Positions 43,330 to 54,262 of a stretch of DNA of 64,000 nucleotides are shown here, one piece after another. Where the stretch lies: NCBI GenBank assembly GCA_964036045.1, contig OZ038378.1:193192001-193256000 (forward strand). Direction: 5' to 3'. The position numbers and the translations under genes were made by a program. Each line of letters opens with the position of its first letter. Position 1 is the first letter of the stretch. This DNA is from Eutreptiella sp. 'Long Island Sound 2002'. Lineage: Eukaryota; Protista; Euglenida. Below the pieces are notes generated by a model. It was not told the origin of the DNA. It saw only the letters and a program-made list of their open reading frames with translations, and searched no databases.

Positions 43330-44786
43330 TCTGTGGTAATATGTGGGTTACTGGTGGTATAGGGTCTGAACATATTTTGGTGATTGGGGTCACCAGGCAG
43401 TGCCCTGCTGAGGGTTTTTACCAAAAAAGGTCCGCCCCGCACAGTGGCCCGTACAGTGGAAAATTTTTGCCCCGAACAGGGGGCGGGTTGATTGTATGAC
43501 TGTTGGCAATCAAATTCTTTCCCATTTTTTCGCCCAACCAATGGGACGATCACATGCATCGCAGCGCATTGATTTTTCTATTGCCACGCCTCCGGCCATC
43601 CCGCTTGAATCTGCCATAGCCACGGCTTTTCTTTCTTCTATAAGCTCGCAACTCCTTGATGACCCAGTCACAACAGAGTTGAGCAACCTCAAATTTTCTT
43701 GCGAATCTACCGCTGACACAGCCTCAACCATCTCATGGGCGGTCAGCTCGGATGGTTTCAGCACTGACGTCAGCAACTCAAGTTTGCCTTAGTCTGCTGT
43801 CAGTCTGCTGTCACCAGGCGACCAGTCTTTTGGTACTGAGGGTCAGGAGCACACTGCCCTCAAGTGTCCCACTTTTCATATCTATTTTGGTTTTCTGTGT
43901 GCCTGATTGCTTGTCTAGCCATCTCACAGGCTAAAGGAGTGCCGAGATAGTTAGAGGAGTCTTCGGACGCTAGGTTCTGCACTGTTTTGTCCATGCTTGA
44001 CACGTACAGCCCTTGGTTCTGCCGATACGCAGTCCTCCACTGCACATAGTTGGATGAGGATGGAATACACGCAACATTTTTGGACTAACGGCTGGAAGTG
44101 CCTATGGCGGGGGCATTCAGTCAATGTGAACCGACAATTGCTTTCTCCTGAATGTGCACAATGGGAAGGGGTTTTGGGGGGAAGACAGTGTTTGCCGAAA
44201 CATTGCAAAATCTTTGCCGAAACAGGGGCTTGGTTGTGCATAGCTGGTTACCTATGTCATGGTTTTCCATTGGGCCCAATTGGTCAGACATTGTAGGCTA
44301 CCCCGGAGCTCCGGGTGCAAAATGCCACCCATGAACACCATGAGCTCCCGAGAGCGCACACAGGGACCAAAACACAATTCATGACTATCATCATCATTGG
44401 AGGCGTCTTAGTCCTAGAACTCACTGGTAATAACCCTGTTTCACCCATTTCTACTTTTTTGCACATATTTTTTTCCTATTTCCGCCACATCCACTCTTTT
44501 TCTGGGTTTATTGATGTAGGGTGATACACTTTGAGGGTGCCTGCTGCAGGCCATCATATTTCCCTCCTCATTTGTCCAGCCCACTTTCTCTATGGATCTC
44601 AGTATTGGGGATAGGGTGTTTTATACCCGCTTTAATGACCTGCGACCTCCTGACACGGTGGTTGGGACGGCTGAAGGCGGACTCCTCCACTTGGAATACT
44701 ACCAAGATGGGTTGAGAGTGGTGAATTGGCAATGCAAGATGGAGTCCACCTCTATCTATTTTTTTTCGAATCATTCTTTTTTCAAA

Positions 44787-45716
44787 ATGAATTGGGGCTT
44801 CACACAAGCTGAACTCAACACATGCCTGAAGGTCCTGGAAGCGATTTGCGATGATCCTGCGCTACTGGTCGAGCCCAAAATAAGTGCCACCGGCATCGAA
44901 GAACTCATAAATTGTGCAGCTCTTTCTAACTCTCCTCCGAAGGCCAAGCAGGATTTCCGACTCAGTGGCAAGGCACCCATTCTAGGTAGTGACTTGTCAC
45001 CAGGCAAATACGGCTCTTCTGCAATGAATGGTCCTGCCAGCTCTAGTTCCAAGTACAGTGCCAGTGGCTCTGCGAACTCTGCCCCCAAATACGGTGCTGC
45101 TGGTGGTGGTGGTGCCTATGGTAGTGGTGGTGGTGGTGGCGCTGGTTATGCGAACTCTGCCCCTAAATACAGTGGTGCTGGTGGTGGTGGTCGCGGTGCA
45201 AAGTACGGCAGTATTTCTAGCACAACGCCTGCTAAGTATGGCTCCATGAACGGGACAAGTGCGGGCCCGAAATACGGCTCCACCGCGAACGCTTTTGGGT
45301 CTCCTGCACCGCCCGGCGGAGCAAAGTACGGAGGAAGTGGTGGCGGAGGAGGCACTGCAAAATATGGTGCCATGCCTGCTCCCGCCTCGTCATACCAACG
45401 ACCAAGACCGTTCACACCTAACCCCGCGGTGTGGAGCCTCCGCCAACATGTATGGTTACCGAGTCAGAGGCCCTCAAAAGGACGGAGGGTGACAAGACAC
45501 CCACAACTAACCGTGGATAGGTGCACGCCACTGACTGATGCATGGTGGAAATGCCTGCTGAATGAACGGGGAGAATTGGAGAAGTTAGATGATGCAAGGG
45601 TCCTGGTTTCCCGGTTGTGGGGATTGAGATTCACGGGTGGAGCAATTGTGCAGGATGGTGCAGCGTTGGAGGCGAGCCGCGAGACTCGTGGACACGCAAC
45701 ACTTAGAAGCTCGTAG
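44787..45716 (+). CDS. Intronless retrocopy ORF; Gly/Ser/Ala-rich protein with repeated KYG/KYS motifs, function unknown; the C-terminal part may be read-through into foreign sequence
   Basis: ATG lies 18 nt after the SL remnant. About nine (G/S/P/A)KY(G/S) motifs follow a helical N-terminus (FTQAELNTCLKVLEAICDDP). Confidence 0.6.
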   Translation: MNWGFTQAELNTCLKVLEAICDDPALLVEPKISATGIEELINCAALSNSPPKAKQDFRLSGKAPILGSDLSPGKYGSSAMNGPASSSSKYSASGSANSAPKYGAAGGGGAYGSGGGGGAGYANSAPKYSGAGGGGRGAKYGSISSTTPAKYGSMNGTSAGPKYGSTANAFGSPAPPGGAKYGGSGGGGGTAKYGAMPAPASSYQRPRPFTPNPAVWSLRQHVWLPSQRPSKGRRVTRHPQLTVDRCTPLTDAWWKCLLNERGELEKLDDARVLVSRLWGLRFTGGAIVQDGAALEASRETRGHATLRSS

Positions 45717-45759
45717 GGTGGGGTGAAGAAGTAGGAAAACACATGTGTGCGCAAAAGGT

Positions 45760-46500
45760 GCAGCTATGGCGCGATGCTCAAGCAGCCATGAAGAGAAAAC
45801 GACAAAAACGACCATGCCATTACGTTTAAGCACAGGAGTGTCGGTGGGGCGACCGAGGAATGGGGGGCACAAGATAGAGGGACGAGCAGGCACAGGCCAC
45901 CGCCGTGGCGAGCGGTCCCCAGCCTCCGGACCTTTAGTGGAAATCACAGGGACTAGCCCCGGGAAGAATAGTTGCCTTTCTTCTGCATGTCATGTGAGTT
46001 GGGAAGAGGTGATGAAGAGGGTGCCAATCCCCCGGCCTTGGAGTTTGTTGCACTAGTCCCACGTTAAAATGATGGCAGATCTGTTGGACCTGCGGATTCC
46101 AAGGGACACTTGAAAGTCTAAGGCCCAGGGCATGAAAGAATGGCGCGACGCGCAGAAAGCCATGAAGGGTATACGACAAATACGACTGTCCTTTAGGTTA
46201 AGCACAGGAGGGTTGGTGGAGCTACCGCCGAATGGAGAGCGGGAGATAGAGGGACGAGCAGGCACACAACACCGCCTTGGCTAGCAGTCCCCAGCCTCCG
46301 GACGCTCAGAGGAAAACCAAGGACGAAGTCTGGAACGAATAGTCGTCTTTCTTCTGCATGCGATGTGAGTTAGGAAGAGGTGATGAAGAGGGTGCTGATC
46401 CCCTTGGTCTTGGAGTTTGTTGCTTCAATCTCACGTGGAAAGATGGTGGCTGGCTAATTGGACCTGGGGATTCCAAGTGATGCCTGAATGTCAGTGACCA
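45760..46500. repeat. Diverged tandem duplication, period about 370 bp; a third partial copy near 48060-48140
   Basis: ATGGCGCGA...GCCATGAAG, TTAAGCACAGGAG, GATAGAGGGACGAGCAGGCACA and GGAAGAGGTGATGAAGAGGGTGC each occur twice. Confidence 0.75.
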
Positions 46501-48749
46501 CAGGGCGCGTGAGAGAGGAACAACATAAGCTAGAGGTGAGAGGGGAGAAGGGCGAGGGGCCGTTCCCATGACAACGGAGGGTGGTTGAGCGAAAATCCTC
46601 TGAGATCTGTTCGATTAAGTGAGAATGTCTAGCCATGAGAGCAATGCATCGGCGGCGGGGGACGGCACGGGCACCCCGGACACGACAGAAAGCCCCGCCT
46701 CATGAGAGAACACCCAGGCTTCCACCCCACCGCCAAAACGCCAAAGGACGGACCGAGCACGTTATCAGCCAAGGGCGGCTGGACGATCCAGGTCTCACGA
46801 CCATGAGATCCGCAGTGGGCGATCCAGGACCAGAACATCGAGTCGACATGCGCCGATACACGTGCACATACATATACAGTAGCCGCCGGCGCCAGCTGCG
46901 GGCGGCAGGCAGCAGGGGCAAGCGGTCCCCCCGGGGTAGGGCACAGCCCGCACCCATCATTGCAAACGACTCGAGAAGCGCCACAAAATGAAGAAGAAGG
47001 AGCAAGAGGCACAACAGGAAAGACGAGACCACGAGGCCGCCCCGCAGGTGACAACAGCGAAGACACCAGAGGAGGTGGAAGAGACAGGGCCCGTGGGCGT
47101 GAAGGGCTTCTCAAGATTTGCTCCTGCGCAATTGTACACCCTGAGCCATCACCTGGAAAGAGCCAAGCATGCGGCGGTATAGCGGGGCCCCGAGACGCTC
47201 GCTGTGCTAGTTGTGCGGCCCACGTATGCAGCAATGGCGTTCCAACCGCCCATTCCCCGGGGTTACGAAGATGGATGGCTCCAGATGGTGGCAGTGGGCC
47301 TTGGAAGAGCCCTGGGATTTAGTGAGCCCCCTGTGCCCATGGCCTGCAAGAACCCGCAGGAAGTGCATCTCTCTTACAGATTTTGGAGGTTGGAGGCATC
47401 TACCGCTGTGCTTGAGCTGGGTGTCTCCAACAATCAAAAGTGGGGACCACCGCAGTACTTTTGGATGAAGGGAAGGTATTGGATAATCCGACATGCAGTG
47501 AAGCACCTCACTCCCAAGGCGTTGGCTGAAGCATTACGGCAAGACGAAGGAAGGGGACAACCGATCACCACCCCGCGAGCGAGTCACAATCAACCGGCAC
47601 AAAGGCCGGAGCATGTGGAGGCACCACCTTCCTACGACAAGGTCATGGGGACCAGGCGACCCAGTGGGGACTCCAAGTCAGCCCTTTACATGGATGAATG
47701 GCTGAGTTGGGGGAAAGGAGCAGCCTTCGGGCAAGAAAAGGGCCTTGCAACGTCGAGAGTCATCCCCAAAAATGAGGTAAGGGGAAGCAAGGAGATCCTG
47801 CTGCACCCCGAGTGGGCAAAGGGCACGCGAGTCAAGTCCACAGCCTGCACCAATACCAACCAGCTCCGGCACGGCTTCCCTTGCCGCCTCTGCCTCCACC
47901 GCCGTACACACCAAGAAGGTTCTCACCGCAAGACCAAGGACAAAAGGGAACCCCTCACCATGGCAAGGGAGGCCGATGGGGCCGCTAAAGGATTGATGGA
48001 ACGTGCAGGTGCGAGCAGGCATAGGACACCCCCTTGACGTGTGTCTTGAGCCTCCGAACCCAAGAGGAACAATACAGAGACCGGGGAACGAGTAGGCACA
48101 GGGCACCGCCTCAGTGAGTTGCCCCTTGCCTCCGGGCCTAGGACAAGAGGTATGGGGCTACAGCTGATTTGGGGGATGGACCGAAAAGAAGTGATCATAT
48201 AGGGAAATGAGACGTGGGTTGGCGACTGTTGTCACTGAGGGTGCCCTTGGTACGCGTTTGAAACCCAATGTTGTTCCCGACTGGAATATTCCCAATGGGA
48301 ACAATTCCCGCCGGAACAATCTCGTTGGGAACACCACTGGAACAAGTGTCGCAGGCCAGATAACCAGATCCATCACCATGAGTTTCCAAGTTCGTAAATG
48401 ATGTTTTTTGTCTCTTTCTTGCATGTATAACGCGTCCAAGGCTTGTCTTTCCCATCGGGGCCATGTTGACCTTGTGAGCCGTTGGTGCCACCTTCCACTA
48501 GGTGTACACATTTCGAACTTTTCGTATCCATTTGCAAGCCTGCTGTTTCTTGTAGTTCAGACGCAGCGTTGTATGACTTTTCAACGTTGGCGTCCCCATT
48601 CTCCCGTTTGATTTGTGCATTGTGGCCATGCCTAGGGTCCCATTTTGGTATTTGTTCCTTGCCTGAATGCTCGGTGGGTCTACGGGCATCTTCCCCTAGA
48701 GGTATGCATTGCCAAATTTCGCTTCGTAGTTCATTGTCGTAGCTTCATC

Positions 48750-49517
48750 ATGCCTAGATCGCAAACCCGCGTTGCGCAACTAACCACCCACCTCGTCCAT
48801 TTGGCTAGTGCTGTTAGCCTCCGGGACGGGAATCTTGTTGGGGAGCTCATAGCGGAATGGGCCATCTCCTCTCCACACGCCCGCCGCCAATTTGTGGTGG
48901 CCGTGCGCTTGGCCCAACCAAGCTGTGTACGCGAGATACAGCAGGGGGCAATCGCCAAGTACGCCTCCGAGGTGCTCCCCCCCGATGAGTGTTGCGAGCT
49001 CATCCTCAACCTGCGTGCGCCCAAATCCGCTTGGCGCACGCTCTCGGAAGTGTACACCCTCCGGGGGCTGAAGTACACCGCGACCACGGGCCTTCCATTC
49101 GCCCGTCCGATTTGCCCTGAGAGGGCTTTCCAGCAGCGCTGGCAAGATCTACTGGCCCCCTTGGAGCTGGCCCCCGCGGTGAGCACTTCGGATCCCAAGG
49201 CCACGGGCATCAGCTGGCCGTGGGCATCATGGCTGCGCTACATTGCTAGCCAACCCCCGTTGTGCCGCATGATCGATTGGTCGTTCCCCCTGACTTTCAT
49301 TGTCAGGGGGGATGGCTACCCCTGCGCAGGCGGGGAGTGGTCCCAATTGTCTGTGTCCATCGCCAACATGGGCCTTTGGGGACGAATTTCCGCCTGCGTG
49401 TGGGTCATCGGCCTCGCAATCTGCGGGGACAAAGCGATGGCGACCCTAGCAACCCTTTGGGAAGACAATATTAAGGTGTGCCGCGCACACCGTGTTGTTC
49501 CGGCGACGTTCCGATAA
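48750..49517 (+). pseudogene. Truncated CMC/Transib-like transposase containing only the first catalytic Asp region
   Basis: PLTFIVRGDGYPC...SQLSVSIANMG...WVIGLAICG resembles the LxLxxDG core of CACTA-type transposases; the ORF ends in the repeat array. Confidence 0.55.
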
Positions 49518-49550
49518 CTTGTTCCGGCGACGTTCCGGCGACGTTCATTT

Positions 49551-49830
49551 GTGCCCCATGCCCATAAAGGGGCTAGGAATCTTTGTTGTCCAGGGGAAGG
49601 GGAAAACCCAAGAACCCCCAGTGATTATTTGTGCCCCATGCCCATAAAGGGGCTAGGAATCTTTGTTGTCCAGGGGAAGGGGAAAACCCAAGAACCCCCA
49701 GTGATTGTTCGTGCCCCATGCCCATAAAGGGGCTAGGACTCTTTGTTGTCCAGGGGAAGGGGAAAACCCAAGAACCCCCAGTGATTGTTCGTGCCCCATG
49801 CCCATAAAGGGGCTAGGATTCTTTGTAGTG
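49551..49830. repeat. 80-bp tandem repeat, about 3.5 copies
   Basis: GTGCCCCATGCCCATAAAGGGGCTAGG... starts at 49551, 49631, 49711 and 49791. Confidence 0.95.
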
Positions 49831-51249
49831 GATGTCCCCCCCCCCCCACGGGGCCGTAGTGCACGCAGTGCGCCCTGTGCGCGCGCGGAACTGTGCCTAT
49901 TTTCCACTGTTCCGGCGGCGTTCCAACAACCTGTTCCGGCGACGTTCTGGCGACGTTCCAGCGGCCAGTGGAACGTCGCCAGAACGTCGCCGGAACAGGT
50001 TGTTGGAACGTCGCCGGAACAAGGTGTCCGGGTAGGGTTGGCCTCTCTCCGGCATCCTTGTCTGCAGGACGGGATGACCGAGACCGAGGCCCTGGGGGCA
50101 GCACTGGCTGCACCACCCCCGCCAGCCCCACTGGGGGCACAGGGGGCCACGCGCTCCGAGCCACGCAGCAGCTCTGCGCTGGCTTCGCCAGCCCCTCCCC
50201 CACCTCAGGGCGCTCCCAAACATCCTCCGTGGGCAACCCCCGCTCACCGGCCATCGGAGGCGCCACGGCCTGCCCCACAAGGGGCCGCGCCAGTCGCGCC
50301 TCTCCAAGCGCATCGCCCCCAGTTGCCCGAGCCCTCGACTGGGAGCTCAATGAGTAACGGGGGGGGGGTTCGGGAGCACGCCGTGGTTCTGGGGGAGCTG
50401 CAAGAGGCGAGGGGCAATGTTGAAAGCCTCCGCCGCTGGGTGAAAAAATGGTCTGCGAAATTGGCGGAGTGCCGGCGGCGTGGGGACATCACCGGGGGGG
50501 GGCACGCGGGCGAGAGGGTTTTGGAGGGGAACCGGCGGGTAAGGGAGGCGCAGAAGGCGGTGGAGGTGCTTGAAAGGGAGTTGCAGGGCATGGGTGGGGA
50601 GGTGCAGGTGAAACAGGAAGGGGGTGTCAACGACGATGACATTGTGGAGCTGGGTGAGGTGGTGGTGGATGAGAAGGATGAAGAGCGGAGGGCTAACCCG
50701 GGGGTTAAGAGAGAGGAAGAAGAGGGGGGGGGGGGGGGATGGGGATGGGGAGGGGGATGGGGATGGGGAGGGGGAGGGGGATGACGCCGGCGGCGTCTTG
50801 CGCATTACGGATTGGATGCGCAACCGACTTGGCTCATCCCTGGCAGCAAAAGCTGCCAATTTTCCCTGGACAAGGGAGATGGTAGGCCCCAACCCCCCCC
50901 CCCCTGGACGCCTGTGTCCTACGAGCCCCCCACCCCACCATTTACACGCTCCGTTGGCTGCTGCAGCGCTTCCTGCACAAGCAACCGCACCGCAAGGAGC
51001 AGCGTGATTGCCGCTGGCGCCGGGAGGAGGGGTCCGCGCCAGGGGGGGTCCCGGTGTCCTGGGTGACCGGGCCGGGGACAGGGCGCACGGCACCCCTCCC
51101 CAACGACTGGCTCCCCAGCAAGGCGCAGGGGGGCAAATTTCTAACCGCGGGCTCTGTCAGCGCGGGGAGCGGCCATGGCACCTATTGGACTATTAGGCAG
51201 ACCTATTGGAACGTCGCTGGAACACTCATCCTGGCTATCCTCCATGTAG

Positions 51250-52511
51250 GTGGAGGACATCCAGGTCAACCCTTCGGACCCGCGCGCCGTTCGGGTGATC
51301 CTTCGTTGGCCAGGAAGCGATCCCCGGCCCATCTATTTGGGTACGTTGCTTCAGCAGTTGCACTTGCAGCCCGTCGCCGCGCTCGAGTTCCTCACGGCCA
51401 TGATGGACTACGTGGCAGCCCGCGGCAGCGTTCTCGCGACGCGCATCGAGGGGTGGGGCAGCATTGGCGACATGTCCCCAGCGCCGCCGCACTGCCAACA
51501 AGTGGCCGCAGAGGCCCCCGCCCCGCCCGCGTGTGCACCGCCCGTGCAACCCCAACCCCCGAACCCCCACCCAGCCCCCCAAACAGCACCCAAACCCAAA
51601 CCCAAACCCCAACGCCCCCCCAAGCGGGAACCCAAGAGCGCCCCCAAACCAGCCCCCCAAAAAAGGAAGAGGCTCCCGGGGGAGTCCTCCAGCGAGGAGT
51701 CGTCCAGCGACTCCTCAACGGACTCCTCCTCGGGGTCCACCACCGACTCCTCGGCGTTCGAGGAGCCCCAGCCCCGCCCCCCGGCCAAGGAGCCCGCCAA
51801 ACCCCCTCGCAAGGCCCCCAAGAGAGCCGCGCCCCCCCAACCCAAGGCCCAGCCCCCCCAACCCCAACCCAAGGCCAAGCCAAAGGCAAGAGGGGGGGGG
51901 GGTGCAAATACAAAGCGGGGGAGCAAGTGTATGTAGTTTTTCGGGACAATGGGCAGTGGGGGATCGAGCAGGGCAAAGAGGCCCTTGCCGCGGGTGGCCC
52001 CCCCGGGGTTGCGGAGACGTGGATCGCCTTCCCCAAAGACCCCGAACTCTTCGCCATCCCGAGAGCGTCGGTTTGGAAAACCAAGACGCAGGCGAAGAAG
52101 TTCCTCGCCAAGATGATGGCGGCCGAGGAGGAGGACAAGGAGGACGACGCGGACGCGGACGAGGAGGGGGACGAGAGCAACGACGGGGACGGGGACGGGG
52201 GAGACGAAGGGGATGGACCGGGGGCAGGTTTGGGTGCTACCGGGGCTAACCGGGATGGGGGCGTCGGGGAAGAGGTCGAAGGGGTGGAGGGGGAAAGGAT
52301 GGAGGTCGAAGGGGTGGAGGGTGAAGGGGTGGTGGGAGAAGGGGTGGAGGGTGAAGGGGTGGAGGGTGAAGGGGTGGTGGGTGAAGGGGTGGAGGGTGAA
52401 GGGGTGGTGGGTGAAGGGGTGGTGGTCGGTGAGGGGGATGGGGGGGATAGTGGGGCGGGTGACAAGAGTTCGGGGGCGCCCGCCGGGCCCCCGACCACGC
52501 AGGACTTTTAG
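51250..52511 (+). pseudogene. Cargo or accessory ORF of the CACTA-like element: Pro/Lys-rich linker, Tudor/PWWP-like barrel, acidic EGEGV repeats; frameshift at a poly-G near 51900
   Basis: MEDIQVNPSDPRAVRVILRW...PKPKP...SSEESSS in one frame joins CKYKAGEQVYVVFRDNGQWGIEQG...TWIAFP...EEEDKEDD...(VEGEGV)n in another. Confidence 0.45.
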
Positions 52512-53804
52512 GTGAGAACAAGAGACTAACCCGATGGGCCCCCGGGGGCACCCTACACAACAATGTATGTTACCATTTTACCCTTCCTTGTGCTTTGCTC
52601 TTGTTGTAGAGTGCTTGTTCCGGCGACGTTCCAATAACTTGTTCTAGCGGTGTTCCAATGGTGTTCTAACAAAAACTGTTTTTGAAAACAAGTTTTTTTC
52701 ACGTGGCAACGCGCCGGGCAACAAATATGAGCATACCAGCGGGGACCCCCAAGGCTAGCAAACAACATATTTTGCCACCATGTACGGGTAGGCTTGGTTG
52801 GGGGGTAAATAAATTTTGAACTTTTTTTGTTCCGGCCAGATAGCCTAGAACATTGGAACAATTTGGCCGGAACAACATTGGGTTTCAAACGCGCACCAAG
52901 GGTGAATACGGATCAGCAGACAATGAAGAATGATTTTTCAAAAAGGTTCTCCCTTAGCAGAACCCGGGCAAGCTAAGCCCACAACGTCTCTTTGGGACGT
53001 GTGGCCCATAAGGCATACCCTAATGGTTGCATGTACCACTACTGGGAATCCGTGTGACCGCTTTATTAAACGCCCGGGACAAACCAGCGCGTACTACCGT
53101 TACGGACCGCGGAATTGCCATGTTTCTCCTCCCCACTAGGGCCATCGTATGGACTCGCGGAGTTACCAAAAAAAAAACCGAAAAGAACAATGCAAAATGG
53201 AGTCCATCTCCTTTGCCAGCCCAAGTTCAGACTCGCCACCTGACTGCTCTCTATCTCCGCCGCCCAACACACAGTCAAGTTCCCCCCCAAAGGCCCCTGG
53301 TCCTTCACCATTGCCACAAGAACCGGGAAGGTCCCCCTCAAGGTCCCCTCTAGTCCAGTTTGGGTCGCCTAATTCTAAGGGTGTTTCCAATGGGCGTGTC
53401 TAGGGGCTCTTCGGGGGGAACATAGTCTAAAAGTAGCGCGTAGTGCGCGCGTAGTGCGCGCACAGTGCAAGGATTCCCCCTCGGGATTGTAAGTGGGCAA
53501 ACATCAATGTCCCTAAACTATGACACAAAGACACATTTTCTTGGAACATCACAAGGAAGAGAAGTTGGTCAAGGCCCAATGTGTAGACTTGGTGGTGTCA
53601 CCCAGCCTCGGCTCACAATGCCGTGTGCTGACCACATGGGGGTTCTGTGCACCGAGATCTCTGCACGCCAGTTCGTGCGTGCACCTAGATCTCTGCACGC
53701 TAGTTCGTGCGGAACTAGACTTCTGTGGGCGGGTGGGTCGAGGGGCAACCCGTCCCAAAAAAGCAAAAAGACTGGAAGGAGGGGAAAGGAGGGTCAGGTT
53801 AGAA

Positions 53805-54080
53805 AGCTTGTCACCCTTGAAGACCTGTGGGGAATGACACACACGTGATCCAGCATGTCCTTTCTCCCCCCTTAAATCTTACGCATTATAGGCTTGCCAT
53901 ATGGCTTGGCTGTTTTGCCTACCGCATCAGAGAGCCCTCTGGTATACGCATGTGAACTCTGGTCTTTGCCATGTGCACCGCGTTGCGGGGATCCGCTCTA
54001 TCATATGTTGGTGTCGCCAACTTTCCCAAGCACAGTCTTGAGTACTCTTTGAACTTCTGGAGTTAGTCCAAAAAAAAAAA
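53805..54080 (+). mobile_element. 276-bp 5'-truncated retrocopy with an A11 tail and a perfect 22-bp TSD
   Basis: GGAAAGGAGGGTCAGGTTAGAA at 53783-53804 and 54081-54102; A-run at 54070-54080. Confidence 0.85.
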
Positions 54081-54262
54081 GGAAAGGAGGGTCAGGTTAG
54101 AATGTTTTGACAGCTTGAGTCTTGCGGGTCTGCGGTTGTGCCCCGCTGACCCGGAACGTGCTTTGCTTCGCTTTGCACACACAAATCTTGTTCCCAGGGG
54201 GGGGGGATTGCCTGCCAGAGCACCCATAGTCCGACGAAAGGGTGAAACATTCGTACACTCCA

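Larger units (their letters stand above)
41485..43490 (+). mobile_element. hAT-like DNA transposon, 5'-deleted, with a 6-bp TSD
   Basis: Short TIR CAACCC(C/G)CCCCC; TSD ATTGTA at 41479-41484 and 43491-43496; CAGTGGCCCGTACAGTGG subterminal repeats at both ends; transposase inside. Confidence 0.8.
48244..52902 (+). mobile_element. CACTA/EnSpm (CMC)-like DNA transposon, internally rearranged
   Basis: 34-bp TIRs CCCTTGGT(A/G)CGCGTTTGAAACCCAATGTTGTTCC with 1 mismatch; 2-bp TSD TG; many GTTCCGGCGACGTTCC-type subterminal/internal repeats. Confidence 0.8.
44753..53187 (+). mobile_element. 8.4-kb composite retroposed insertion with SL-derived 5' end, A-rich 3' end and 23-bp TSD, containing later nested insertions
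   Basis: Begins TATCTATTTTTTTTCG, 15/16 identical to the SL 3' end. Ends AAAAAAAAAACCGAAAAGAA. Flanked by CAATGCAAGATGGAGTCCACCTC (44730-44752) and CAATGCAAAATGGAGTCCATCTC (53188-53210), which split the element seen intact at 39654-39676. Confidence 0.75.

Noticed and set aside
49551-49830. CRISPR-like array (also considered for 55992-56285)
   Set aside because: The units are contiguous tandem repeats without unique spacers, in a eukaryotic context with no cas genes.
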